From a candidate division WOR-3 bacterium (GTDB taxonomy: Bacteria; Hydrothermota; Tepidihabitantia; B3-TA06): 64,000 nt of DNA. The translations under genes were made by a program, and so were the position numbers. The stretch covers positions 1-64,000 of the forward strand of contig CBFGKC010000013.1 of assembly GCA_965649265.1 (NCBI GenBank), given 5' to 3'. The notes under the pieces were generated by a model. That model made no database searches and was not told the origin of the DNA. It saw only the letters and a list, made by a program, of their open reading frames with translations. Numbering within the stretch: the stretch's first letter is position 1; each line of letters begins with the position of its first letter. Below are positions 47,352 through 56,400 of this stretch, piece by piece.

Positions 47352-47984
47352 TTATGACCCAAGGAACCTCCTCGAGTTGCCCGTTGCGTCGATCTCTGAA
47401 ATCAAGCGTCTGTAGTGTTCGGGATTCTCGATGAGCGAAAGATTATCCGTATTGACGACCAAAAGCGGGCCCTGGTAGTATGTGAGGAAGAAGCTGTTGT
47501 AAGCCTCGACGAGATTCTGGATGTAGTCTCGCTCGATGCCCTTCTCCATGGGCCTCGCGCGGCGGTCTATTCTGCGCATAAGGCTGTCCACCCTTGCCTG
47601 AAGCAGTATGACCAGGTCGGGCTGCGGAACCTGCTCGACCATCTCCCGGTACATCTTCTCGTACACGGCAAAATCACCGTCGGAGAGGTTCAGAGAGGCG
47701 AAAATCCAGTCCTTGTAGATGGTGTAGTCGGCTACGGCGACCCTGTCAAAAAGACTCGTTTGCTTGAGCCTTGAAAGTTCCTTGAAACGAGATGTGAGAA
47801 AATGAAGCTGGACCGGGAAGGAAAAAGTCTCTGGATCATCATAAAACCGTTCGAGATAGGGATTTTCCAGCGCATCCTCGAGCAAAGAAACCGCGCCCCA
47901 CTCCTCGGCGAGCTTGAGCGAGAGGGTGGTCTTACCCACGCCTATCACGCCTTCCACGCACACAAGGGTACGCTTCATCACCAT
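47352..47984 (-). CDS. Deoxynucleoside kinase
   Basis: EGVIGVGKTT P-loop, NPYLERFY, QL.FL.SR, PDLVI.L.A, RI..R.R..E. Confidence 0.93.
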   Translation of the reverse strand: MVMKRTLVCVEGVIGVGKTTLSLKLAEEWGAVSLLEDALENPYLERFYDDPETFSFPVQLHFLTSRFKELSRLKQTSLFDRVAVADYTIYKDWIFASLNLSDGDFAVYEKMYREMVEQVPQPDLVILLQARVDSLMRRIDRRARPMEKGIERDYIQNLVEAYNSFFLTYYQGPLLVVNTDNLSLIENPEHYRRLISEIDATGNSRRFLGS

Positions 47985-48469
47985 CTTTTAATCCCGCGTT
48001 TGTTGAGCGTTGCAAGCATCTGGTTTGCGGTCAACCCGGTGACAGGGTGACGGAAGTGCGGGGCTATCTCCATCATGGGTGCAAGAACGAAGGCACGCTC
48101 CGCGATGCGGGGATGCGGAATAGTTAACCGGGGATCTTTCATTACGGTATTATTATAGAAAAGGAGGTCGATGTCAATCGTGCGCGGCGCGTTCTTGAAA
48201 AACCTGATCCGACAAAGTTTTTTTTCGATTCTCTGGATGAGTGCTAAGAGTTCGTAAGGGGTGAGCGTCGTTTCGGCGCATACTACTTGATTGAGAAAGG
48301 AAGGTTGGAACCTGAATCCGTAAGGAATGGTTAAATATATAGAAGATGAACTTTTCACTTGAACACCGTTATGCGAAAAGAGAGCCTCTGCCTTTTCAAG
48401 GAAGCCTTTTCTCCTCCCCAGGTTACTGCCTAACGAAAGGAATACAATGTCAGGCGCCCGAGCGAACAC
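47978..48469 (-). CDS. folK: 2-amino-4-hydroxy-6-hydroxymethyldihydropteridine diphosphokinase
   Basis: Start GTG 48469; LSLGSNLG, SSIY.T.P, FLNQV, PRTIDIDLL, L.IPHPR..ERAFVL.P. Confidence 0.95.
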   Translation of the reverse strand: MFARAPDIVFLSLGSNLGRRKGFLEKAEALFSHNGVQVKSSSSIYLTIPYGFRFQPSFLNQVVCAETTLTPYELLALIQRIEKKLCRIRFFKNAPRTIDIDLLFYNNTVMKDPRLTIPHPRIAERAFVLAPMMEIAPHFRHPVTGLTANQMLATLNKRGIKRW

Positions 48470-48476
48470 GCCTTCC

Positions 48477-48680
48477 TTATATCTTCTCGACCTTGACGGC
48501 CTTACGAGCCTGTTCGGATTCCGAGATCTCGAACTTGACAGAATCACCCTCGGAAAGGGCCTTGAAACCCTCGGCCATGATATCGGAGTAGTGTACGAAA
48601 ATGTCTCCGGAACCATCGTCTATTTCGATGAATCCGTAGCCCTTTTTGTTATCAAACCACTTAACCTTGCCTGTTGGCAT
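48477..48680 (-). CDS. Cold-shock protein
   Basis: Start ATG 48680; GKVKWFD.KKGYGFI (RNP1), DIFVHYS (RNP2). Confidence 0.95.
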   Translation of the reverse strand: MPTGKVKWFDNKKGYGFIEIDDGSGDIFVHYSDIMAEGFKALSEGDSVKFEISESEQARKAVKVEKI

Positions 48681-48814
48681 CAAACTCTCCTTGAAAAAGA
48701 TTTCAGCCAAAAGTTCGCATTTCTGCAAACTAACCGTGCGTATGCTACACTTTTTTACGAACTTGTCAAGTCTCAGGTCGCCAATCCCGGAACCGGATAT
48801 TTCCGATCACACCG

Positions 48815-51610
48815 CTAGTCTATTGACGGTTTATCGAGGAATTCCCGGACGTCCCTTGTCTTTTTCCCGATATTGATGGGGATGGATGTATCAAACCCGA
48901 AGACGGGTTTCACTTTCATATCGCGTGTGATGGCGACCCCTATTCTGGGAGCAAGGCTCATGAAATTCCATATGAGGTGGATTTCGGGAGAGAGTTCGAT
49001 TCCGGCGGATGCTGCCATGAGGTCCCTCGAATCGAATGCGGCATCGACGAATATATTGGTGTATAAATCCTCGAAGAAGACGTTCGGGTTCCATATCCCG
49101 AAACGCATCTTCAGGAGCCTGTGGCGGTATTCAAGGGTTGCAGTCTGGAAGGTCATGTTCGATGTCGTAATCGTGGTATCAAAGTATCCTCTGATTGCAC
49201 TGGAATAAGCATACTCCGGCTGCTTCTCAATAGACAGGTCAATTCTCGACGATACGTCGCAGAAAAGCATTCCTCCGGCAAGGTCAAAGGCCGACACCGC
49301 CCTGAGAGCAAGGGTCGAGCTTTCACCGGTTGAAAAGATAGGCGATTCCCAGCCGTATCGGGCGGCAAGACCGAGCTTTACATAAGGCCACGCGAAATTC
49401 GATCCCAGTGAAGTCGAAAGCACTCTTTCTTCGAGCGATTGACCGCTTATCCGGAAACCTTCTCCCCACGTGAGGGAAGTCAACCCTTTTCCGCTGCGTA
49501 CGACCAGGGGAAGCGTAAACGAGGGATTAATGTTATAATAATAGCCTTGAAGGGTGCCGGACTGGTCCCATTCGGGGTCAAGGTTGAACGCCAGATCGAG
49601 GCTCAGGGGCGCCAGTGTGAGGTTGTTCCATGCGATGCTGGTACGGGGAGCAAGTCCCACGGCGTCGTAGCCGGCGGTAATGGTATAGGAATTCTCGCCC
49701 AGAACATCTGCACCCATGAGAAAGAAGCCTGCCTCGAGATGAGAGAGCGTGAAATCGCCGTTGTATGGATCTGCAAGCTGCGGTGCAATGTAGGGAACGC
49801 GTGCCCAGGGTCTCAAAAGCGTCAGGTACGGAGAGAGGGATGAACGGCGTTCGAAACCCCCGTCGTACTGGGGCACGGGTCTGGTTTGAGGATCGGTGGG
49901 GGGCGAGGAGGGCGAGGAGGGTGGGGGAGAGGGGGTCATGCTAGTCTTGATCGAATAGATGTCGTAGCCAGAAGGGTTGAGCCCGACGAAGTAAAGCTCA
50001 TCCCCGATAGTGACCGGGTTGAGGGTGAAGCTCGGTGTCTTGAACTGCTCGCAGGATTTCGTTTGCGGATCAAGCTTGTAAGCGCCTGCACATCCGTCTG
50101 AGCCGTAAGGGTTAGCGGAATAAAGAATGGAACCGTTGTCATTCAGGTTCAGACCCGTTTCCGCCCACGGTGTCTGAGTGAGGCGAAGCCAGGAATTGTC
50201 CCCGGTACGGTATTCAAAGATATCCCAGTTCTCGCCCTGGCCGCGTGCCGAAAAGTAAACCTTGCCGTCGTTCGATGCGAGGATTTCCCCTATAATGGTA
50301 TCCCCAGCCCATATCTTCTCCGGTTTCGGAACCCCCTCCTTTATTCTGAGAAGTGCTGAGCCGAACACGGGGGTCCGGTCTACAGATACAAGGAAGGAGC
50401 CGTCTGGCAGCCGGTCGAACGCCCTGACCCTTCCTTCGTACAATACTTTCTCCCTGCAGGCATGACGAGACCGTTTAAGGTCAAGTGCACGAATCTCGAC
50501 AAGCTCGCCGAACCCGAGTCCGGAGGTGTTCGGGAAAACCCTGCTCTCGACAGAAGCCCCGTAGTAGAGCACCCCGTCGTGAACGCGGATGGGAGGGTTT
50601 ACCGTTGTTCTCGGCCGGGCCACGATCTCCCGTTTACCCGTTTTCGTGTCGAGTGCGGCGATGTCAACGAAGAATTTTTCGTAAAGAGCTGCTGGTTTCT
50701 TACCGTAAATCTGGCAGAAGTATATCTTTTCGTCTTCGGCGGCGAGCCCGCCGTTAAAGTACCAACCTTTGTCGGTAAGCCTGCGTGCCGCCGAGTCAGC
50801 CGGGAGGAATGCTCCTGCTTTCTCCTGAACGGATGCCTGCCAGTCCTTGATGAGATCGGGAAAGCGCTTGCCGAAGGCCTCCTTTGCGCTGCGGTCGAGA
50901 GAGAACAGGGGAATCCGCGAACCGTGGAGTCTGTAGAATTCATTCATCGCTTTCACGCCTTTTGTCTCGACGAGCCATTCGTAGAAAGGCCCGCCGTAGG
51001 CGTAGATGGCTCCGCCGGGGTACTCGAAAAGCGAACCGTTCATGACCCAGCTTTTCGTGGCAACGCCCTGGCTTGCTCGTGTGAGGACGTTTGCGTCGTA
51101 CTCGCCCGCCTCGAGTCTGCCCTCGTATGGCGTGACATGCGACTCGGTAAAGACGGTAATGCCTTCCACCATCCATCCCGGTGTGACCATGTTAGGAATC
51201 ACCCAGGGGCCAAGGAGAACCTGGAGCACCCTCGGAAATCCCCACACGGAGGATAGCGACACTTCGTGCGCGTACTCATGAATGCCGACCGTGCGCATCC
51301 AGTCCTGTGTTGATAAATCAAAACCCGCAGGGGGGGTGGTGTAAAGATGAATCATATTTCCTACGGGATTCGAAAACCCGTTGACCGTCATCCCCATATC
51401 TTCGATTACGACCCAGGTCCTCCCCGGGTCATAAGAAACGGTATTTATAGGCTTTGAACGTTCGGTCTCCATCCAGCTTATGGCCCAGCGGGCCTGCTCC
51501 TCGTACCCTTTAGGGTAAACCAGGTTGAAATGATCGCTTTTTAGAACCTGCCATTGTATAGAAGCATTAAGCAGCAAAGGCAGTACGGCGAGCACGGCGA
51601 ATCTTTTCAT
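48815..51610 (-). CDS. Large exported protein: gluzincin-like domain, TolB-like propeller and putative C-terminal outer-membrane barrel
   Basis: Signal peptide; HEYAH...WMVEG; propeller-like repeats; Pro/Ser linker; amphipathic strands. Confidence 0.7.
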   Translation of the reverse strand: MKRFAVLAVLPLLLNASIQWQVLKSDHFNLVYPKGYEEQARWAISWMETERSKPINTVSYDPGRTWVVIEDMGMTVNGFSNPVGNMIHLYTTPPAGFDLSTQDWMRTVGIHEYAHEVSLSSVWGFPRVLQVLLGPWVIPNMVTPGWMVEGITVFTESHVTPYEGRLEAGEYDANVLTRASQGVATKSWVMNGSLFEYPGGAIYAYGGPFYEWLVETKGVKAMNEFYRLHGSRIPLFSLDRSAKEAFGKRFPDLIKDWQASVQEKAGAFLPADSAARRLTDKGWYFNGGLAAEDEKIYFCQIYGKKPAALYEKFFVDIAALDTKTGKREIVARPRTTVNPPIRVHDGVLYYGASVESRVFPNTSGLGFGELVEIRALDLKRSRHACREKVLYEGRVRAFDRLPDGSFLVSVDRTPVFGSALLRIKEGVPKPEKIWAGDTIIGEILASNDGKVYFSARGQGENWDIFEYRTGDNSWLRLTQTPWAETGLNLNDNGSILYSANPYGSDGCAGAYKLDPQTKSCEQFKTPSFTLNPVTIGDELYFVGLNPSGYDIYSIKTSMTPSPPPSSPSSPPTDPQTRPVPQYDGGFERRSSLSPYLTLLRPWARVPYIAPQLADPYNGDFTLSHLEAGFFLMGADVLGENSYTITAGYDAVGLAPRTSIAWNNLTLAPLSLDLAFNLDPEWDQSGTLQGYYYNINPSFTLPLVVRSGKGLTSLTWGEGFRISGQSLEERVLSTSLGSNFAWPYVKLGLAARYGWESPIFSTGESSTLALRAVSAFDLAGGMLFCDVSSRIDLSIEKQPEYAYSSAIRGYFDTTITTSNMTFQTATLEYRHRLLKMRFGIWNPNVFFEDLYTNIFVDAAFDSRDLMAASAGIELSPEIHLIWNFMSLAPRIGVAITRDMKVKPVFGFDTSIPINIGKKTRDVREFLDKPSID

Positions 51611-51909
51611 TACGTGTCCTCCTTAAAGCCTGACTATAATTTAACGATTACTGGGTGTCAACCCTTGGTTTTCCGGGTACTGGGAATATATATGGAGAGA
51701 GACCGGGATTCCCGCAGTTTTACTTGGTAAAACTGCGGGGCTTTAGCCCGCCTCCCTGTGCCGATAACGCAAGGATTAAGGCCAAAACCAGACTGCTCAT
51801 ATCACGAGTATAGATGCAGGTTCCTTGCCGTCAATCTTGACATCCGTAGATTTCTTTCTATATTTATTGTCGTTGGTCTTTTAAAATCCTTTCAAGGTTA
51901 GGAGGCAAG

Positions 51910-52590
51910 ATGAAAAGTATTATCCTTGTTATTACTCTTCTGGTAACAACCGCCGGAGCCGTGGAGTTGGGCATTACAGGCGGAGGTAACTACCAGAAGT
52001 GGAACACGAGCCTTCCCTCGACGCTCGACCCTGAAGAGACAGACCCGGTAAATTACCGGGGGCTTTCTTACCACGCCGGTTTGACTGCGAGCCTGGGTTT
52101 CACCAAGCCCTCAGACCCTGTATTCCTGGGGCTGGAGAGCGGACTGAGGTTTACTGCGGTTCATTACTACACTGAAGTGGATTCGGTGTATGACCTCGAT
52201 CACGGGACCCTCGTAAAAATACCGAGAATTCCTGCGGAATACAACTATTTCAATCTTTCGATGCCGCTTTTGTTCAGGATATCGGTTCCGGAGAAAGACT
52301 GGTTGGAATGGGGAGTCGCCCTTGGTCCCGTCATAATATTCACCCCGGAGCACACCGAATATTTTCACGATTATTACGTGGAATGGTACGGACAGGAGTT
52401 TACGGTTCCCCAGAAGATAGATCTGGGGGTCGAAGCCAGGGCAGGGGTGGCATTCAAGGTGTGGAGGAACCTCTGGATAGGACCTTCCTTCGCGGTCATA
52501 TACAACTCGACGCCTGATAAACCCCAGACCCCGGCCGCGGATGAAGAACAGTTCATGAACCTTTCATTGAGGGTTAGTTACAAGATATAG
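51910..52590 (+). CDS. Outer-membrane beta-barrel-like protein
   Basis: SD GGAGG; signal peptide; G.TGG.N, L.MPLL, GP, ends LRVSYKI. Confidence 0.7.
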   Translation: MKSIILVITLLVTTAGAVELGITGGGNYQKWNTSLPSTLDPEETDPVNYRGLSYHAGLTASLGFTKPSDPVFLGLESGLRFTAVHYYTEVDSVYDLDHGTLVKIPRIPAEYNYFNLSMPLLFRISVPEKDWLEWGVALGPVIIFTPEHTEYFHDYYVEWYGQEFTVPQKIDLGVEARAGVAFKVWRNLWIGPSFAVIYNSTPDKPQTPAADEEQFMNLSLRVSYKI

Positions 52591-52755
52591 TTCAAGTCCT
52601 CGTTTAAGACATCCAGTGCTATTGGATTAGACCGTTTTCTGAAGCCAGTGGCAGTTTTTCCGTCTGTAGTTTTTTGTGTGGCGGCAGGATTCGGACTTTC
52701 TCCATAAGTATGTAATTAGTTGTTTTACATGCCTTGATTTTTAAGGCATCGTACG

Positions 52756-53778
52756 TTAAAGTTCAGGTATCTCGAACTCCGCCACAAAGGGGGCATGGTC
52801 AGACTCCGGGAACTTTGTGTCAGTCGCAAAAGCCACGGATTCGTCGTGCAGTGTCTCATTATGTATTTTTGAATCTCTGTAATACGGAAGCATCGCCTTG
52901 GAGATGAGCATGTGATCAAGAAGATTCTTCTTTCCGTAATGAAGATAAGTGTATCGGGACGTCTCGGGGATAGTCATCTCGCACGACACCATTTCTCCTC
53001 CTTTAAGGTCAGGATTTCCGGTATCTTCAACAGCTCCACGAATCGCATCTATAGGTACTTCTCCCGGTTCGGAGTTAAAGTCACCGCAGACCACAATTCT
53101 TGCGTCCTTGTCATCTTCTAAAAGTGAATCGATTAACCGTCGCGTTTCAAGGGCTTGTCCCACTCTTTTCATGGATGAGATAAAAAATCCTTCAGCCCAA
53201 CCTGCGCTGGACTTCCAAACGTCAAATTTAGTTGACTTTTCTTTGTCCTTTTGTCCAGGTATGTCGTCCGGCCTTTTTGACTTTAGGTGAAGATTGATAA
53301 CGTGAAGTTGAAAGTTACCATTTATCTCGATTAACGCATAAAGAATCGGTCTATCCCACGTGACAGGTTCTGCTTCTTCGGAGGGTTCCGCCATAATTTT
53401 TTTGTACTGCAACTTTTTAATCCAGAAATTGTTGTATTCTTTTGTGTCTGTGATTGTTATCCCGGAATCAGGGCGTGTCACGATTACCATGTTTTGCTCT
53501 AGAGTCACTTGTCCGTTTTTTTTCGTTGTAGAAACCATGGTTTTATTCGAAAAATCAACCCCTTTGAAAGCAGTATCCTCCAGGAGTTCTTTCAAGGCCA
53601 GAAGGTCATTGTGGCTATCGTCTATTTTCTGACCTATTACTTCCTGGAAACACATAATGTGTGCATCCATTCTTTGGATTTGTGGTCTCAACACCGCTTT
53701 TCTTTGTTGAAGTGTCGGTGTTTTTTTCTTTTCGTCGTTAAGGTTTTCGAGATTAAAGGTTGCGATGCGCAACTTCAT
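52756..53778 (-). CDS. Endonuclease/exonuclease/phosphatase family protein
   Basis: IATFNLENL, CFQEV, HLKSK, CGDFN, LDHML, SDHAP. Confidence 0.92.
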   Translation of the reverse strand: MKLRIATFNLENLNDEKKKTPTLQQRKAVLRPQIQRMDAHIMCFQEVIGQKIDDSHNDLLALKELLEDTAFKGVDFSNKTMVSTTKKNGQVTLEQNMVIVTRPDSGITITDTKEYNNFWIKKLQYKKIMAEPSEEAEPVTWDRPILYALIEINGNFQLHVINLHLKSKRPDDIPGQKDKEKSTKFDVWKSSAGWAEGFFISSMKRVGQALETRRLIDSLLEDDKDARIVVCGDFNSEPGEVPIDAIRGAVEDTGNPDLKGGEMVSCEMTIPETSRYTYLHYGKKNLLDHMLISKAMLPYYRDSKIHNETLHDESVAFATDTKFPESDHAPFVAEFEIPEL

Positions 53779-53910
53779 TTCGCTCCTCCTTACTTATTGG
53801 TTTTCGCAGATACTAAAAATATACCCAAAAAATATTCTTTGTCAAGCGAAAAAGCAAATGTAATACTCGTGGACGATTCAGCGATGGGGGATTTTGGGAA
53901 AGTATTAGAT

Positions 53911-54843
53911 CTATTTAAGAATGTCTGCGAGCGCGGCGGCGCCGAGTATGCCGGCACGGTCGCCGAGGTGGGAGCGGACTACCCGGAGTTTGCGCCCACG
54001 CAGAGGCATGGTGTAGGATTTGAGGGTCTCGCGGATGGGTCCCATCAGTATACTACCTGCGTTGCTTATTCCGCCGTTGACTACTATGACTTCGGGGTCA
54101 ACAAGCTGGACAACGTTTCCGAGCGCTCTGCCGAGTCTTTCTCCAGCCTCCCGGAATATGGCGAGTGCGACAACGTCACCAGCTTTTGCGGCTTCCGCGA
54201 TGTGTTTTGGTGTAAGTCTGGTTTTGGCCGCGATCCGGAAAAGCGGCGAGCCTTTCTTCATCCTGCGCCTGGCCTGCGAAACGAGTCTTGATGAACCGAC
54301 GTACGCCTCCAGACAGCCCGAAAGTCCGCAAGCGCAGCGTGATGATTTCTCGAACGAGGTATGTCCGAACTCAGCCGCCGCATCGTTTGCGCCGAGTATG
54401 AGCCGGCCGTCAGATACTATGCCGCCGCCCACACCGGTGCCCAGGGTGAAACAGAAGAGGTTAATGGTCTTATATCCTCCAAAGCGGTACTCGCCCCATG
54501 CGATAACGTTCACGTCGTTGCCCACGGCAACGGGCACGCCGAGTGAATCTTGAAGCATCCTTTTGAGTTCGACGTTATTCCAATCCAAAAGATTCGGCGA
54601 GAAGCGAACTATACCCTTTCGGTGATCGATGAGGCCGGCAATTCCCACCCCGGCCTGGGTGATTGAGGTCCCTTCACCGACCATTCGCAGCGCTTTTTCC
54701 GAGATTCGGTTAACGAGATTCGCAGGTCCTTCTTCCATAAGGGTAGGTATCTTTTTTTGTGCGATTATCCTTCCCTTTGCGTCCACGAGCCCCATGCGGA
54801 TATTGGTCCCGCCAACGTCAATTCCCAGGAGCCTAGGCGTCAT
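53911..54843 (-). CDS. ROK family sugar kinase
   Basis: GIDVGGT, NDVN, TLGTGVGGG, EFGH....C.CG..GCLE. Confidence 0.93.
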   Translation of the reverse strand: MTPRLLGIDVGGTNIRMGLVDAKGRIIAQKKIPTLMEEGPANLVNRISEKALRMVGEGTSITQAGVGIAGLIDHRKGIVRFSPNLLDWNNVELKRMLQDSLGVPVAVGNDVNVIAWGEYRFGGYKTINLFCFTLGTGVGGGIVSDGRLILGANDAAAEFGHTSFEKSSRCACGLSGCLEAYVGSSRLVSQARRRMKKGSPLFRIAAKTRLTPKHIAEAAKAGDVVALAIFREAGERLGRALGNVVQLVDPEVIVVNGGISNAGSILMGPIRETLKSYTMPLRGRKLRVVRSHLGDRAGILGAAALADILK

Positions 54844-56017
54844 ATGTGGTCAATTCCAGATGCAGCTTTGCAACGCGTTCGAGAAATGCCTGACCCGTTT
54901 TCACATCACGGCGCATCATTACGCGTTCCGCGGTAGTTGAAAGCTGTGAGAGGCCGTAGACCTCCCCCTCCCCCCATGCGAACGAGGGGATATTTTTAGA
55001 ACAAAGCCCGCCTCCAAGTATGTTCGCAAAAATTCCGATGACAGCTCCTGTCGGGATAAGCGTTCCGATGGACGTTTTGGTGTGGTCGCCCATTATGCAG
55101 CCGAACTTGGTAAGGCCGGTGGCGTACTCCTCGCCGTTCTGGACGACCCTGATCTCGGAATAGTTGTTCTTCAAGTCGGAGTTGGTCGTCATCGCGCCAA
55201 GGTTGACCCATTCGCCGATGTAGGCGTGACCGATGAAACCCTCGTGATGCTTGTTTACGTAACCGTGAAAGATGGATGCCTCGACTTCGCCTCCAACCCT
55301 GCACTGAGGGCCGAGCACGGTTCCGGCGCGCAGCCTTGCGCTGTCGACGACGGTCTCAGGACCTATATGGCAGGGACCCTCGATGAGGGTCGGTCCCTTG
55401 ACTAACGCACCGGACGAAATGGTTACAGGGCCCTTGCGGCAGTCGATTATCGTGCCTGTATCGACCACGGCTCCCTCCTCGAGTCTCAGGGCATCCCCGT
55501 AGACCACGGCGCGATTGTCGATGGTTCCCTTCGACTCTTTGCCCTGGAAATCCCGGGTCACCTCGAGCTCAAGACCCGCGAGTATCTCCCAGGGGTACAA
55601 TATGCGTCTGGCCGGTATCCTGCGATCGGAAAGTCTGGCTGATTCAAGGAATTCGGTAACGCTCTCGGCGCTTTGATATCCTGAAAGACCGTCGGTCGTG
55701 AAGCCGACAGTCCTGCCCCTCTCATCGAGAAAAAGCTCATTGGCTTCAGAAATCGGCAGGGTATCCGCAAGGATGCTTCCCGCGGATACAAAGAGATGGT
55801 GTCCCTGAGGGACGGTATTGGCGTTCTTTGCGACCTGTGGCCATTGTTCAAAGCAAAGGTCCACAAGCTCTTCACGAACGATAAGACGAACCTCTTCGCG
55901 AAACAGCTTCTCCAGTTTCTCCCGAAAAGTAAGAACACCGGCGCGGATCTCGGACACCGGCCTCAGGAAAGAGAAAGGCTCGTAATTACGCCACGAATCC
56001 TCGTAAATGAAAACCAT
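54833..56017 (-). CDS. GlmU-like sugar nucleotidyltransferase/acetyltransferase (alternative bacterial type)
   Basis: PF..LRP..EIR.G.LT.REK; hexapeptide repeats; NKHHEGFIGH.Y.GEWVNLGA.T..SDLKNNY; GDHTKT.I. Confidence 0.85.
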   Translation of the reverse strand: MVFIYEDSWRNYEPFSFLRPVSEIRAGVLTFREKLEKLFREEVRLIVREELVDLCFEQWPQVAKNANTVPQGHHLFVSAGSILADTLPISEANELFLDERGRTVGFTTDGLSGYQSAESVTEFLESARLSDRRIPARRILYPWEILAGLELEVTRDFQGKESKGTIDNRAVVYGDALRLEEGAVVDTGTIIDCRKGPVTISSGALVKGPTLIEGPCHIGPETVVDSARLRAGTVLGPQCRVGGEVEASIFHGYVNKHHEGFIGHAYIGEWVNLGAMTTNSDLKNNYSEIRVVQNGEEYATGLTKFGCIMGDHTKTSIGTLIPTGAVIGIFANILGGGLCSKNIPSFAWGEGEVYGLSQLSTTAERVMMRRDVKTGQAFLERVAKLHLELTTYDA

Positions 56018-56345
56018 ATTCTAGCTTATCAAGGATTCAGGGTTTGTCAACTATGACTACAGACTTCGTCTGTGTCAAAATCATATCTAATATCCGGGAT
56101 TTCTGCATCTCGGCTTGATAGTGCACTTGCATGACTGCTTTTAGGCAACTTGACACAAGTCGTTTTGCGCCTAATATAAATATAAAAGAAAGTGAAGTCC
56201 CGCTCTTTGTGGTTAATCTCTAATAGATGGATTGAGGGCGAAAAAGCTTAATGTAAAATACATCTGATTTGTGATACTATGTGTTACAGGCTTTTTCTGT
56301 GCTAAACCGTATATCCATTATATAACTTTGATAAGTCCCCAGCTA

Positions 56346-56373
56346 TTGACATGCTCCTTTAGTTCCTTACACT
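56346..56373 (+). promoter_or_regulatory. sigma70-type promoter of the TPR-CHAT gene
   Basis: TTGACA-16-TACACT, followed by AAGGAGG SD at 56389-56395. Confidence 0.7.
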
Positions 56374-56400
56374 TGACTCGAAAGACTCAAGGAGGAGCAA

